The notes below the pieces were generated by a model. That model saw only the letters and a program-made list of their open reading frames with translations. It did no database searches and was not told where the DNA came from. Positions 18,674-28,035 of a stretch of 64,000 nt of DNA are shown here, piece by piece. The DNA is from an uncultured bacterium. Lineage in GTDB: Bacteria > Verrucomicrobiota > Lentisphaeria > Victivallales > UBA1829. The position numbers and the translations under genes were made by a program. The stretch covers positions 5,921 through 69,920 of the forward strand of contig CADCMR010000009.1 of assembly GCA_902802585.1 (NCBI GenBank), in the 5' to 3' direction. Each line of letters opens with the position of its first letter. The stretch's first letter is position 1.

Positions 18674-21307
18674 ATGCCGAAAAAGAATATCACGCCTCCC
18701 TCCGGACCCGACCGCGACGCCTCCTCCAACTCCCCGTCCGACACGCCCGAAACCGAATACTACGATCCCGACATGCACTACCCGCCGGAAGACGACGAGA
18801 TGGGCGACGATGAATCCGCATCCGCCGCCGCCGAATCCATCCCGAACCAGCGCCTGCGGGCGATGATGGACCGCAACTTCATCGAGTACGCGTCCTACGT
18901 CATCAAGGACCGCGCGATCCCGGACGTCGACGACGGGCTGAAACCTGTCCAGCGCCGCATCCTCTGGACGCTCCACGAGATGGACAACGGTACGTTCCAC
19001 AAGGTCGCGAACGTGGTCGGCGCCACCATGAAATACCATCCGCACGGCGACGCATCCATCGGCGACGCCCTCGTGAACCTCGCGAACAAGGAATGCTTCA
19101 TCGACAAGCAGGGATCGTTCGGCGACATCATCCTCGGCACCTCGGCAGCCGCACCTCGATACATTGAGTGCCGCCTCTCCAAACTCGGCCGCGACGTCCT
19201 CTTCAACAATGACATCACCACATTCGTGGATTCCTATGACAGCCGCAACCAGGAGCCGGTCTGCCTCCCCTCGAAGATTCCGACCCTGCTCCTCATGGGT
19301 ACCAACGGTCTCGCCGTCGGCACGCGCACCATGATCTTCCCGCACAACTTCAACGAGCTTCTGCGGGCGCAGATTTCCATCCTGAAGGGCGAGCCGTTCC
19401 AGCTCTATCCCGACTTCCCGCAGGGCGGCATCATGGATGTCTCCGACTATCAGGACGGCATGGGCAAGATCGTGCTGCGCGCCCGCATCGCCGCGGAGAA
19501 ACACGACATCGTCATCAGCGAAATCCACGCCGGCACCGACACGTCCAAGCTGATGGACTCCATCGAAAACGCCGTCAACAAGTCCCGCATCAAGATATCT
19601 TCGTTCCACGACTACACTGCGGACGACAAGGTCAACATCGAACTCTCGCTCCAGCGCGGCTACAGCCCGGAGAAGGCGATCAACGCCCTTTACACCTACA
19701 CCGACTGCCAGATGAGTCTGTCCTGCATCTACATGGTCATCCGCGACAACCGCCCCGTCCGCATGAGCGCCAGCGACATCCTCCGCCGCAACACAGAGAA
19801 GCTCGTGCAGTACCTGACCTGGGAACTTCAGCTCGTCAAGGCAAAGTGCCTCGACAAAATCCTCGCGCGCACCCTCGCGCAGATTTTCATTGAGGAAAAG
19901 ATATACAAGAAGATCGAGACCTGCAAGACGAAGGAAGCCATGTTCCAGGCGGTCCGCGCCGGACTGGAGCAGTTTAAGGACGAATGGCTCCCGGTCGTAC
20001 AGGCGCTCCACTCTGCCATCAAAGCCGGGCCGCACATCGCGGAGCCCGCGCCCGCCGATGCCGCGCGCCTTGCCCAGCTGGCGCAGGGCGTGATCCCGGA
20101 TTCCGAAATCGAACGCCTCGTCGAGATTCCGATCCGCAGGATCGCGGCGTTCGAAGTCAACAGGAACCGCGAGGAGATCGCCGCGTTGGAAAAAGACCTC
20201 CGCGAGGCGGAAAAGAACCTGAAGCACATCAAGCAGTACACGATCAAGTACATCGAAGGGCTGCTCGCGAAATACGGCGACATGTTCCCGCGCCGCACGG
20301 AAATCCGCCTCGAGCCCTTCGCGAAGATCGACAAGAGCGTCGCCGCGCTTTCCAACATCCGCGTCGGGTGGGACAAGAAGAACTGCTACATCGGCACCTC
20401 CGTGAAGAGCGACGACATCGTGCTGTGCAACGAATTCGACCATCTGCTCTGCGTGGAGCGCTCCGGCGACTTCAAGGTCATCGACATCCCCGACAAGATC
20501 TTCATCGACCGCCTGTTCGAGTTCCGCCGCTACGACAAGACCACCGTGTTCGGCATCGTCTACTCCGAGAAGAAGACTGGCCGCGCGTACTTCAAGCGCA
20601 CACGCATCGCGTCGTTCATCAAGGACCGCGAATACCGCATCATCCCGGAGGGCTGCCGCCTGGAGCTCATCACGCCGCGCCCGAACGCCATCTACGAGAT
20701 CAAGGTGGATACGCCGATCCGCGCCAAGCAGATTCAGCAGATTTCCCTCATGGACGCGCCCGAACGCTCCCCGAAGGCGGGCGGCATCCTGATTTCCCCG
20801 CGCAAGCTCCTGAAGATTACGTTCGTCCGTCTGCTGGACGAGACCGACGCCGAACCGGAACCCGAACTCGTCGAAGTCCCGCCGGAGGACAACAACGGCG
20901 GAAACGGCGGAAATGGCGGCTCCGACGGCGGCGCACCTGCGGAAGAATCGGCGGTGGAAACGGCTCCCGTGCCGGAAACCGTTCCGGAAACGTCTGTTGA
21001 GCCGGAGCCCGCGCCGGAACCGGAAGCGAAACCCGTTGCCCGTCGCGGCAGCCGGGCGAAAAAGGAAGCCTCATCGGAATCCGCGCCTCAGACCGAGGCG
21101 AAGAAAGCGCCGGAAACGAAACCCGTTGAAAAGCCTGTTCCTCCCGCGAAGCCCGCCGGGAAACCGGCGGAAAAAGCCGCTCCGGCTCCTGCTTCCGCTC
21201 CTGCGCCGGAAAAGAAGCCCGAGGATAAGACGTCCAAGCCGGAGAATCCCGCCGCCCCTGAAAGGGAAGAGGATTCCTGGGACGTTCAGCCTGACCTCGG
21301 GTTCTGA
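18674..21307 (+). CDS. parC: DNA topoisomerase IV subunit A with about 155-aa low-complexity C-terminal tail
   Basis: 877 aa: DRAIPDVDDGLKPVQRRILW, KYHPHGDASIGDAL, catalytic-Tyr region AAPRYIECRLS. The tail is E/P/K/A-rich (PEPAPEPEAKPV...KPVEKPVPPAKPAGKPAEK). Confidence 0.88.
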   Translation: MPKKNITPPSGPDRDASSNSPSDTPETEYYDPDMHYPPEDDEMGDDESASAAAESIPNQRLRAMMDRNFIEYASYVIKDRAIPDVDDGLKPVQRRILWTLHEMDNGTFHKVANVVGATMKYHPHGDASIGDALVNLANKECFIDKQGSFGDIILGTSAAAPRYIECRLSKLGRDVLFNNDITTFVDSYDSRNQEPVCLPSKIPTLLLMGTNGLAVGTRTMIFPHNFNELLRAQISILKGEPFQLYPDFPQGGIMDVSDYQDGMGKIVLRARIAAEKHDIVISEIHAGTDTSKLMDSIENAVNKSRIKISSFHDYTADDKVNIELSLQRGYSPEKAINALYTYTDCQMSLSCIYMVIRDNRPVRMSASDILRRNTEKLVQYLTWELQLVKAKCLDKILARTLAQIFIEEKIYKKIETCKTKEAMFQAVRAGLEQFKDEWLPVVQALHSAIKAGPHIAEPAPADAARLAQLAQGVIPDSEIERLVEIPIRRIAAFEVNRNREEIAALEKDLREAEKNLKHIKQYTIKYIEGLLAKYGDMFPRRTEIRLEPFAKIDKSVAALSNIRVGWDKKNCYIGTSVKSDDIVLCNEFDHLLCVERSGDFKVIDIPDKIFIDRLFEFRRYDKTTVFGIVYSEKKTGRAYFKRTRIASFIKDREYRIIPEGCRLELITPRPNAIYEIKVDTPIRAKQIQQISLMDAPERSPKAGGILISPRKLLKITFVRLLDETDAEPEPELVEVPPEDNNGGNGGNGGSDGGAPAEESAVETAPVPETVPETSVEPEPAPEPEAKPVARRGSRAKKEASSESAPQTEAKKAPETKPVEKPVPPAKPAGKPAEKAAPAPASAPAPEKKPEDKTSKPENPAAPEREEDSWDVQPDLGF

Positions 21308-21330
21308 TTCTTTCCCTCAATTCAAATCAC

Positions 21331-21376
21331 AAAAAAGCCGGGCAGCTGGTTCTTCAGCCGTCCGGCGATTCTTTTT
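21331..21376. terminator. Putative bidirectional terminator between convergent parC and the radical SAM gene
   Basis: AAAAAA-GCCGGGCAGCTG...CAGCCGTCCGGC (12-bp stem, 2 mismatches)-GATTCTTTTT. Confidence 0.55.
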
Positions 21377-21396
21377 GCCTGAATGCCTACTCTGTG

Positions 21397-22287
21397 TCAG
21401 CAGATATTCCCGAGGTATACATTCGGGAATCCGCGGCTTTTCGCGTGCGCCTGGATGCTGTCGAGCAGCGGCCGTGGCGTACGCGGGCTGTCATGGTACA
21501 GGTAGGCGGGGTGATACGCGGTGAAATGAATGGGCGTATCGATGCCGAGGCTGTCGCGCACCCAGTCCAGGAAATCGTCGATCTGCTGCTGCGAATCGTT
21601 CTTGCCGGGGATTACGAGGTTGGTCAGCTCCAGGTGGCCGCCGCAGACCTTCTTGAAAAACTCGCAGGAATGTTTTACCGGCTCGAGCTCGCCGGAGCAC
21701 ATGGTCGGGTAGAAATCGCCAAATCCCTTCACGTCGATGTTTGCCGCGTCGAAGAGCGGGAAGACGTCCTGCATGCACTCGTCGGAGAAATAGCCGTTGG
21801 AGACAAGGATCGTGCTGATCTTCTCCCGGCGGGCGAGGATTGCGCAGTCGCGTACGTATTCCGCCCAGACCGCCGGTTCGTTGAACGTGAACGCCACGCA
21901 TTCGCTGCCGTGGCGGCGGATCAGCTCGATCAGGGCTTCCGGCGTGTAGTAGCGGTAGGCGGCATTCGGCATGAACTTCTCGCGCGACAGGTGGTTGTTC
22001 TGGCAGAACACGCATTTGAGGTTGCACCCGTAGGTGCCGACGGAGAACGCCTGCGTGCCGGGGCGGAAATGCCGCAGCGGCTTCTTTTCGATCGGGTCGA
22101 TCTGGAGCGCGCAGGGGTAGCCGTACGCCATGGAATAGAGCCTGCCGCCCCGGTTGAGGCGGACGCCGCAGAATCCGGTGCGTCCCTCGGCGATGAGGCA
22201 GTGGCGGGGGCAGACCAGGCAGCGCGCGAATCCTCCGGATTCCGGCTTTTGCCAGTCGGCGGGGAAAAGTTTGTGTTCACGGTCCAT
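21397..22287 (-). CDS. AmmeMemoRadiSam-system-type radical SAM enzyme (PflA-like activase fold)
   Basis: 296 aa. N-terminal CLVCPRHCLIAEGRTGFCGVR, DPIEKKPLRHF, CNLKCVFCQN (CxxxCxxC); ends NVYLGNIC. Confidence 0.8.
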   Translation of the reverse strand: MDREHKLFPADWQKPESGGFARCLVCPRHCLIAEGRTGFCGVRLNRGGRLYSMAYGYPCALQIDPIEKKPLRHFRPGTQAFSVGTYGCNLKCVFCQNNHLSREKFMPNAAYRYYTPEALIELIRRHGSECVAFTFNEPAVWAEYVRDCAILARREKISTILVSNGYFSDECMQDVFPLFDAANIDVKGFGDFYPTMCSGELEPVKHSCEFFKKVCGGHLELTNLVIPGKNDSQQQIDDFLDWVRDSLGIDTPIHFTAYHPAYLYHDSPRTPRPLLDSIQAHAKSRGFPNVYLGNIC

Positions 22288-22317
22288 AGTATGGGAATCC
22301 TTCTTTCGGATGAAATG

Positions 22318-23049
22318 TTACTTGGCGGAAGCGTCTTTCGGCAGCGCCTTCTGCGCTTCGTGGAGTTCTGCGACGGCGGCATTGATTCCCTCCGGCGCGC
22401 GGAAGACCGCTGTCCCGGCGACGATGACGTTCACGCCCGCCGCCGCGGCGTCGCAGACGTTGTCGCGCGTGATGCCGCCGTCGATCTCGATGTGGGCGTG
22501 GCTGCCGATCTTCCGGATCATCTTGTGGATTTCCGTCGCCTTCTTCAGCATTTCTGGCTGGAACTTCTGTCCGCCGAAGCCCGGCTCCACCGACATCACC
22601 AGCACCATGTCGATCTCCGGCAGGATTGCCTCGATCGCCGAGGCGGGCGTGCCCGGTTTGAGCGTGATCCCGGCGGAGCATCCGAGTTCGTGGATCCGCC
22701 GCGCGACCGCCGCCGGGTCGCATTCGCTCTCGATGTGGAACGTGATGTGGTCGGCGCCCGCCTTCGCGAACGATTCAATGTATTGTTCCGGATGGACCAG
22801 CATCAGGTGGACGTCGAAGGGCAGGGTGGTGTATTTGCGCATGGAGGCGACGACTGGCGGTCCGAACGTGATGTTCGGGACGAAATGACCGTCCATGATG
22901 TCCAGGTGGATCATGTCCGCCTCGGCGTCTTCCGCGGCTTTCAGTTCGTCGGCGAGACGGGCGAAATTGCAGGCGAGGACCGACGGCGAAACGAGCAGCC
23001 GGTTGTTCTTGAACTCACTTAACGGGTGTTTGATCATCATGGGAAGCAT
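22318..23049 (-). CDS. rpe: Ribulose-phosphate 3-epimerase
   Basis: SPSVLACNFARL...HLDIMDGHFVPNITFG...EPGFGGQKF. The start could be one of the ATGs at 23049, 23040 or 23037. It overlaps the upstream gene's stop. Confidence 0.92.
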   Translation of the reverse strand: MLPMMIKHPLSEFKNNRLLVSPSVLACNFARLADELKAAEDAEADMIHLDIMDGHFVPNITFGPPVVASMRKYTTLPFDVHLMLVHPEQYIESFAKAGADHITFHIESECDPAAVARRIHELGCSAGITLKPGTPASAIEAILPEIDMVLVMSVEPGFGGQKFQPEMLKKATEIHKMIRKIGSHAHIEIDGGITRDNVCDAAAAGVNVIVAGTAVFRAPEGINAAVAELHEAQKALPKDASAK

Positions 23050-24058
23050 CTTTCTGTTGAGGTGCGGGCGGCGGATACGGACCGCGTTCGCAGTCCAGCC
23101 AGCGTCTGTGCGACCAGAGCCACTGCGTCGGGAAACGACGTATCTGTTCTTCGATCATGTTCGTGTAAAGCTGGGCGACGGCGCGGATGTCCGCCTCCAT
23201 GTTGCCCGTCGGCTGGTAGTCAGGCATTTTTGCGCAGTGGAACGTGAAGTGGAAATCGTCGTCGTCTCGGATCAGGTACGGCATTGCGATGGGTGTGTGC
23301 GTGCGGAGGTACAGCCAGGCGGGCGTCTTCTGCGCCATGGCGGGGTGCCCGAAGAACGTGACCTCGACGCCTTCCGGCGGGACGGCGTGCTGGTCGGATA
23401 CGATCGTGACGTTCTCCCCCGCCCTGTGCGCCTGAATCAGCGGACGCACGCCCATATCCTTCGGGAAACTCCGGTGCAGGAAACGGCAGCGCCGGGCGTA
23501 GACGTAGCGCCCGATCTTCGGGTTCTCCAGCGGACGCATGATGCTCGTCATGCGCTGCTTGGTGATGTAGCTGTGCAGGCCGCCCGCGAGCTCCCAGTTG
23601 CCGAAATGCCCCGTCGTCAGGATGATTTGCGGCGCGGTCGCCGGGTTCATAAATTCCCGCGTCAGCGGATCGTCCGCCACGCGGATGTGTTCGCTGAAGT
23701 TGTCCTCGTTCACGATCTGGTCGAACTTCACCATCTCGACGTAGACCTTGGCGAAATGCTTCAGGCTTTCCAGCGCCAGCTTGTCCGCCTCCGCCTTCGT
23801 CTTCACGAACCCGGAATGCAGGATCAGCCTCGGCGTGCGCGGTCCGTGCCGTTTGCTGAAATGTCGCACCGACCACGCGATGAAGTCCAGCACGGCGTAT
23901 GCCGCGTGCAGCGGCAGGAGCCGGACCAGCGAGGTCACGGCCACGAAGAGCGCGTACTCGGCATTGATGACGAGCGCGGATTTTTTCTTTTTCGGGGGAT
24001 TCGTGTTGTTCACGGCGGACTGCCTTTGCGGATGCGGCTTTCTTTTTTCGCGAAACAT
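23015..24058 (-). CDS. Lipid A late acyltransferase family protein (LpxL/HtrB-like)
   Basis: 347 aa: TGHFGNWELAG acyltransferase motif and C-terminal QWLWSHRRW block. Confidence 0.78.
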   Translation of the reverse strand: MFREKRKPHPQRQSAVNNTNPPKKKKSALVINAEYALFVAVTSLVRLLPLHAAYAVLDFIAWSVRHFSKRHGPRTPRLILHSGFVKTKAEADKLALESLKHFAKVYVEMVKFDQIVNEDNFSEHIRVADDPLTREFMNPATAPQIILTTGHFGNWELAGGLHSYITKQRMTSIMRPLENPKIGRYVYARRCRFLHRSFPKDMGVRPLIQAHRAGENVTIVSDQHAVPPEGVEVTFFGHPAMAQKTPAWLYLRTHTPIAMPYLIRDDDDFHFTFHCAKMPDYQPTGNMEADIRAVAQLYTNMIEEQIRRFPTQWLWSHRRWLDCERGPYPPPAPQQKDASHDDQTPVK

Positions 24059-24123
24059 TAATATACACCATACACGCGAAAAATGAAAACCGATTCGTTA
24101 AAAAACCGTGGATTTTGCCCCAT

Positions 24124-24159
24124 AAAAAAACGGAGGGGACCGCGCCGGCGGCCCTCTCC
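24124..24159 (-). terminator. Intrinsic terminator after the TM-helix-repeat gene
   Basis: Minus strand GGAGAGGGCCGC-CGGC-GCGGTCCCCTCC (about 12 pairs, 1 mismatch), then G+TTTTTTT. Confidence 0.65.
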
Positions 24160-24211
24160 CACAGTTCCGTGCCGTAATGATACGGCATTCGTGTGTTTTC
24201 CCGTTTTTGGC

Positions 24212-25708
24212 TTATTTCGGTCCTTTTTTGTCGCCGGATTTTTCCCGGTCCCATTCCTCCAGCTTGCGTTCGGCGAAATTGCGTCCGCCGAGCCCGAACG
24301 CGATCGCGAACGCCGCGGCGAACGCGCCGAGCACGATGCCGAACGCGAGAAGCGCCGCCGATCCGCCGATCCCCGCCGTGGTCAGGGCGGCTACGCCCGC
24401 GAAGAACAGCACGGCAATCCGCACTGCGAAGAGGAAGACATGTGATTCCACGCCGTTGCTGCGCACGAAGTCCGCGGCGAGGTTCGCCAGTATCATGCCG
24501 AGCAGGAAGACCACAGCACCGAGCACGAGGCGACCGGCGAACGGCAGGAAGGAGCGCACGAGCTTGGCGGATTCCTCCAGCTGGAGGATTTCGAGCGCCG
24601 CGACCATTGCGAAGACCAGGATGCCCGCGAACAGCAGTTTGCCCGCCACGTTCGACGGGCTCATGTTCCCCTGCGACTTCCATCCGAGTTCGCCGACGCG
24701 GCGGTCCAGTCCGGCGTCCGCCAGCAGTCTCGACACGAGCCGGGCGATGAGCGCGCCGACCGCGAACGCCACGAACAGTACGATGGCTGCGGCGACGATG
24801 TTTCCGGCGGAGTTCAGCATGCGCGTGAAGAGTTTCGAGACGGAATCCGTGAGCGAGTCGATGCCGAGCGCGGAGAGCGCCGCCGCCGACACCGGGATCA
24901 CGATGCAGACGAAGACCAGCACGCCGCAGATGCGCGCGAGGCTGTCGCGGGAGAAGAGCTTCCCGCCCGCCTCCTCCGCGTCGCCCAGCCCGCCGGATGC
25001 CAGAATGATGCGTTCCACGAGCTTGCGCAGGATGGTCGCGAGGAATAGCCCGGCGGCGGCGATCAGCACAGCGGCGAAGATGCGCGGCAGGTACCGCAGC
25101 ACGTCCGCGGTCATTGCCTCGAACGGTCGCGCCAGACCCGTGATCCGCAGCGCGCCGAGGATCGCCGGGACGAACGCCAGGATGATCAGCCAGAAGAGCG
25201 TTGTCGCGATCGTGAAGCTCAGGTGGCACTCCCGTCCGCCCGTGTCGACCGCGCCCTCGATCTTCTCGTCCAGGCGCAACGCGTGCATCAGGATCAGCGA
25301 GGCGTAGCGGACTGCCGATGCCGCGCCCCACGCGATCAGTCCGAGGATCGCCGCCGCGAAGAGGTTCGGCAGGAATCCGATCACGTTGGCGAGGACGTCG
25401 CGGAGCGGCGACGCCGCGTCATGCAGGCTCAGCAGGTTCAGCGCCTGTACCACGGCGAGCAGGAAGACGATCCAGAAGACGATGCGCGCGGCGACTTTTT
25501 CCGCGCGTGCCGCCGGAGCCGCCGCGTCGTCCGCGATGCACACGGAGAGACGTTCCCCGATGCGGCATTTCCTCATGCATTTGAATGTGAGTTTCTGCAG
25601 GATCCAGGCGACGATCCACCCGGCGAAGAGGACCATGATCGCGAGCAGAATCCGCAGAATTCCGTATTTCGTCAGCAGGTCGACCAGCATGTTCCAAAGT
25701 TCATTCAT
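24212..25708 (-). CDS. Conserved-TM-helix repeat membrane protein (mechanosensitive-channel-associated repeat family)
   Basis: 498 aa from ATG 25708 (AAGGAG RBS). Paired TM segments recur repeatedly (LFAGWIVAWIL..., FAAAILGLIAW..., AAAIVLFVAFAVGALIARLV...). Ends AFGLGGRNFAERKLEEW. Confidence 0.65.
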   Translation of the reverse strand: MNELWNMLVDLLTKYGILRILLAIMVLFAGWIVAWILQKLTFKCMRKCRIGERLSVCIADDAAAPAARAEKVAARIVFWIVFLLAVVQALNLLSLHDAASPLRDVLANVIGFLPNLFAAAILGLIAWGAASAVRYASLILMHALRLDEKIEGAVDTGGRECHLSFTIATTLFWLIILAFVPAILGALRITGLARPFEAMTADVLRYLPRIFAAVLIAAAGLFLATILRKLVERIILASGGLGDAEEAGGKLFSRDSLARICGVLVFVCIVIPVSAAALSALGIDSLTDSVSKLFTRMLNSAGNIVAAAIVLFVAFAVGALIARLVSRLLADAGLDRRVGELGWKSQGNMSPSNVAGKLLFAGILVFAMVAALEILQLEESAKLVRSFLPFAGRLVLGAVVFLLGMILANLAADFVRSNGVESHVFLFAVRIAVLFFAGVAALTTAGIGGSAALLAFGIVLGAFAAAFAIAFGLGGRNFAERKLEEWDREKSGDKKGPK

Positions 25709-25757
25709 GGCGTACTCCTTTTGTTTGAACGGCGTTTGCGGCGGTGTTGTCAGGATT

Positions 25758-25786
25758 ACTATACCACGGACCGGGGAAAAATGCAA
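25758..25786 (-). promoter_or_regulatory. Putative promoter of the TM-helix-repeat gene
   Basis: Minus strand TTGCAT-17 nt-TATAGT. Confidence 0.5.
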
Positions 25787-26023
25787 CCGGCGAATCTATG
25801 TCCGGCTGATTCCGGTTCGTATCTTTCCGCCCGGGAATCCGCCGTAACGGTCCGTTTCTTTTTCGGGAACGACCATGACTAGTCCCGGAATCCGTCCGCG
25901 ACATGCTTGCGGCGACCTCCCCCTGCCGTCATTTCCGAGCATATCATGTCATCTTTCCGGGAAAAAGCATCAGGAAATATATTATTTTTTCGGAAAAAAG
26001 TCATTTTTAGGCGGATTTCTGGC

Positions 26024-26051
26024 TTGAAAAAACGGAACGAGCTTGTATAGT
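26024..26051 (+). promoter_or_regulatory. Putative promoter of the GH43-GH10 pair
   Basis: TTGAAA-16 nt-TATAGT. A T6CGGA6 palindrome lies upstream at 25985-25999. Confidence 0.5.
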
Positions 26052-26166
26052 AGCATGAAAAGATGCGGTCCAACCGCTCTTTTGAGCTCAAAACCGATAG
26101 AATTTGTCAATCATCCGCCGGACATCCGCAACTGTGCCCGGCTAACAAATTGCAAGGAGTCAAACT

Positions 26167-27990
26167 ATGTCCCACAAAACTCTGAAAGCGATGTTCGCGG
26201 CAATCTGCACGCTCGTGTGCGCCGCCGGCGTCGTCAAAGCCGACCAGCCCGTCATCAGCCATGTGTACACGGCCGACCCGAACGCCTTTGTGTTCAACGA
26301 CCGCATCTACATCATCTGCAGCCATGACATCGCCAACCAGCGCGGCTACGACCTCTTCGACTACGAACTGGTCTCCACCGACGACCTCCAGAACTGGACC
26401 GACCACGGTTTCGTGTTCTCCGTCGGCCGCAACCACGATTTCGGCTATGGACGCGGCAAAGGTCCGTACGGCGAGGACCAGACCGTGGCTCCCTGGGCCG
26501 GACACTGCTACGCTCCTGGCACCGCGATCCGCGACGGCAAAGTCTACCTCTACTTCCCGGACGGCGGCTCCTCCATCGGCGTGGCCGTGGCGGACAAGCC
26601 CGAAGGTCCCTACAAGGATCCGCTCGGAAAGACCCTCATTGCCGGCAACGTTTCCAACTACGCCTCCCGCTGGCTCTTCGACCCCGCCGGATTCGTCGAT
26701 GACGACGGCCGCGCGTTCGTGTACTACGGCGGCAACGGCAACGACCAGGCGCGTATCATTGAGCTTAATAAGGACATGATCAGCCTCCATCCGGAAGCCA
26801 TCCACCTCAACGTGCCGAAGTTCTTCGAAGCCTCCTACATGCACAAATACAAAGGCAAATACTACTTCTCCTACAGCACGCAGTTCAGCCCCACCGCGAA
26901 CATCGACTACCTGGTCAGCGATTCCCCGACCGGTCCGTTCGAATACAAGGGCACCATCCTCGACAACCCGAAGCAGAACCTCGGCAACAACAACCACGCC
27001 TCCATCATTGAGTACAAAGGTCACTGGTACATCGCCTACCACGACCGCAAGCTCGCCATCGCCAGCAATCTCCGCAACAAGAGCGATTCCCGCTGCGTGA
27101 ACCTCGACGAGATGTTCTACAACGAAGACGGAACCATCAAGAAGGTCGTCGAGACCGAACACGGTCCGAAGCAGCTGAAGAACTTCGACCCGACCCAGAA
27201 GTGCCGTTTCGTCACCATGAACAAGTCCGGCAAGATCCTCACCGCGGAAGAAGCGCAGCAGGAACAGATGCCCGGTCTGAAGAGCACGATGGGTCCCAAC
27301 AAGGAAACCGTCCTCGCCTCCATGCAGAACAACAGCTGGATTCGCGTTTCCGGCGTTGACTTCTCCAAGAAGCCGACCGGCGGCACGCTCAAGTACAGCG
27401 CCAAGGACGACAACACCTCCATCGAAATCCGCAAGGGCGCGGCCGACGGCGACCTGCTCGGCACCGTGAAGCTCGCGAACACCAACGGCGAATGGAAGGA
27501 ACTCAACTTCAAGCTCGATAAGGCGGTCGACGGCGTGTTCGATTACCTCTATTTCGTGTTCAAAGTCCAGGGCGCTCCGGCGACCGCGGCTCTCTTTGAT
27601 TCCTCTGACGTCGTCACCGTGGCGGCGGCGAACGGCCAGCAGCCTGCCGGTTTCGGCATGGGCGGTCAGCGTCCCGTCGGTCAGGGGCAGGGGCAGGGTC
27701 AGCGTCCGCGTCGTCAGGGCCAGGGCGGTCAGGGCGGTCAGCGTCCGCAGGGCGGCCAGGGCTTCGGCGGCTTCGGCGGTCAGCCCCCGCAGGGCGGCCA
27801 GGGCTTCGGCGGCTTCGGCGGTCAGCCTCCGCAGGGTGGTCAGGGCTTCGGCGGCTTCGGCGGCCAGCCCCCGCAGGGCGGTTTCGGCGGCGGCTTCGGC
27901 GGCGGCCAGCGTCCCGGTCAGCAACAGCAGCCTGCCGGTCCGAAGCCGGTGGAAAGCACCGCGCTGCTCGACTGGTACCAGTTCAAATAA
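26167..27990 (+). CDS. Secreted GH43 glycoside hydrolase with CBM6-like module and G/Q/F-rich C-terminal tail
   Basis: 607 aa with signal peptide ending VVKA. GH43 blocks: PVISHVYTADPNAFVFNDRIYIICSHD, FDPAGFVDDDGRAFVYYGG, ASIIEYKGHWYIAYH. CBM-like region: NNSWIRVSGVDFS...GEWKELNF. AAGGAG RBS. Confidence 0.9.
   Translation: MSHKTLKAMFAAICTLVCAAGVVKADQPVISHVYTADPNAFVFNDRIYIICSHDIANQRGYDLFDYELVSTDDLQNWTDHGFVFSVGRNHDFGYGRGKGPYGEDQTVAPWAGHCYAPGTAIRDGKVYLYFPDGGSSIGVAVADKPEGPYKDPLGKTLIAGNVSNYASRWLFDPAGFVDDDGRAFVYYGGNGNDQARIIELNKDMISLHPEAIHLNVPKFFEASYMHKYKGKYYFSYSTQFSPTANIDYLVSDSPTGPFEYKGTILDNPKQNLGNNNHASIIEYKGHWYIAYHDRKLAIASNLRNKSDSRCVNLDEMFYNEDGTIKKVVETEHGPKQLKNFDPTQKCRFVTMNKSGKILTAEEAQQEQMPGLKSTMGPNKETVLASMQNNSWIRVSGVDFSKKPTGGTLKYSAKDDNTSIEIRKGAADGDLLGTVKLANTNGEWKELNFKLDKAVDGVFDYLYFVFKVQGAPATAALFDSSDVVTVAAANGQQPAGFGMGGQRPVGQGQGQGQRPRRQGQGGQGGQRPQGGQGFGGFGGQPPQGGQGFGGFGGQPPQGGQGFGGFGGQPPQGGFGGGFGGGQRPGQQQQPAGPKPVESTALLDWYQFK
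27745..27900 (+). repeat. In-frame 42-bp tandem repeat (about 3.7 copies) encoding (PQGGQGFGGFGGQP)n
   Basis: Units start at 27745, 27787, 27829 and 27871 (partial). They lie within a wider G/Q-rich stretch, 27631-27945. Confidence 0.9.
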
Positions 27991-28035
27991 TTCCTGAGCT
28001 CTACTTAACATAAACCAAACACAAGGATAACCAAC

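Noticed and set aside
25787-26023. ~235-nt unannotated spacer between divergent promoters (plus track ORFs 25701-25904 and 25879-26091), examined for a small gene, sRNA or riboswitch.
   Set aside because: The small ORFs lack an RBS and have shadow-like composition. I saw only short imperfect hairpins and a CCCGG(G)AATCCG direct repeat, and nothing matching a known RNA family that I can recognise unaided.
27745-27900. Tandem direct repeats (also at 42180-42269, 43181-43372 and 59333-59415) considered as possible CRISPR or minisatellite arrays.
   Set aside because: There are no unique spacers between units. Unit lengths are multiples of 3, in frame inside well-supported CDSs, and encode low-complexity peptide repeats. 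No cas genes are present.
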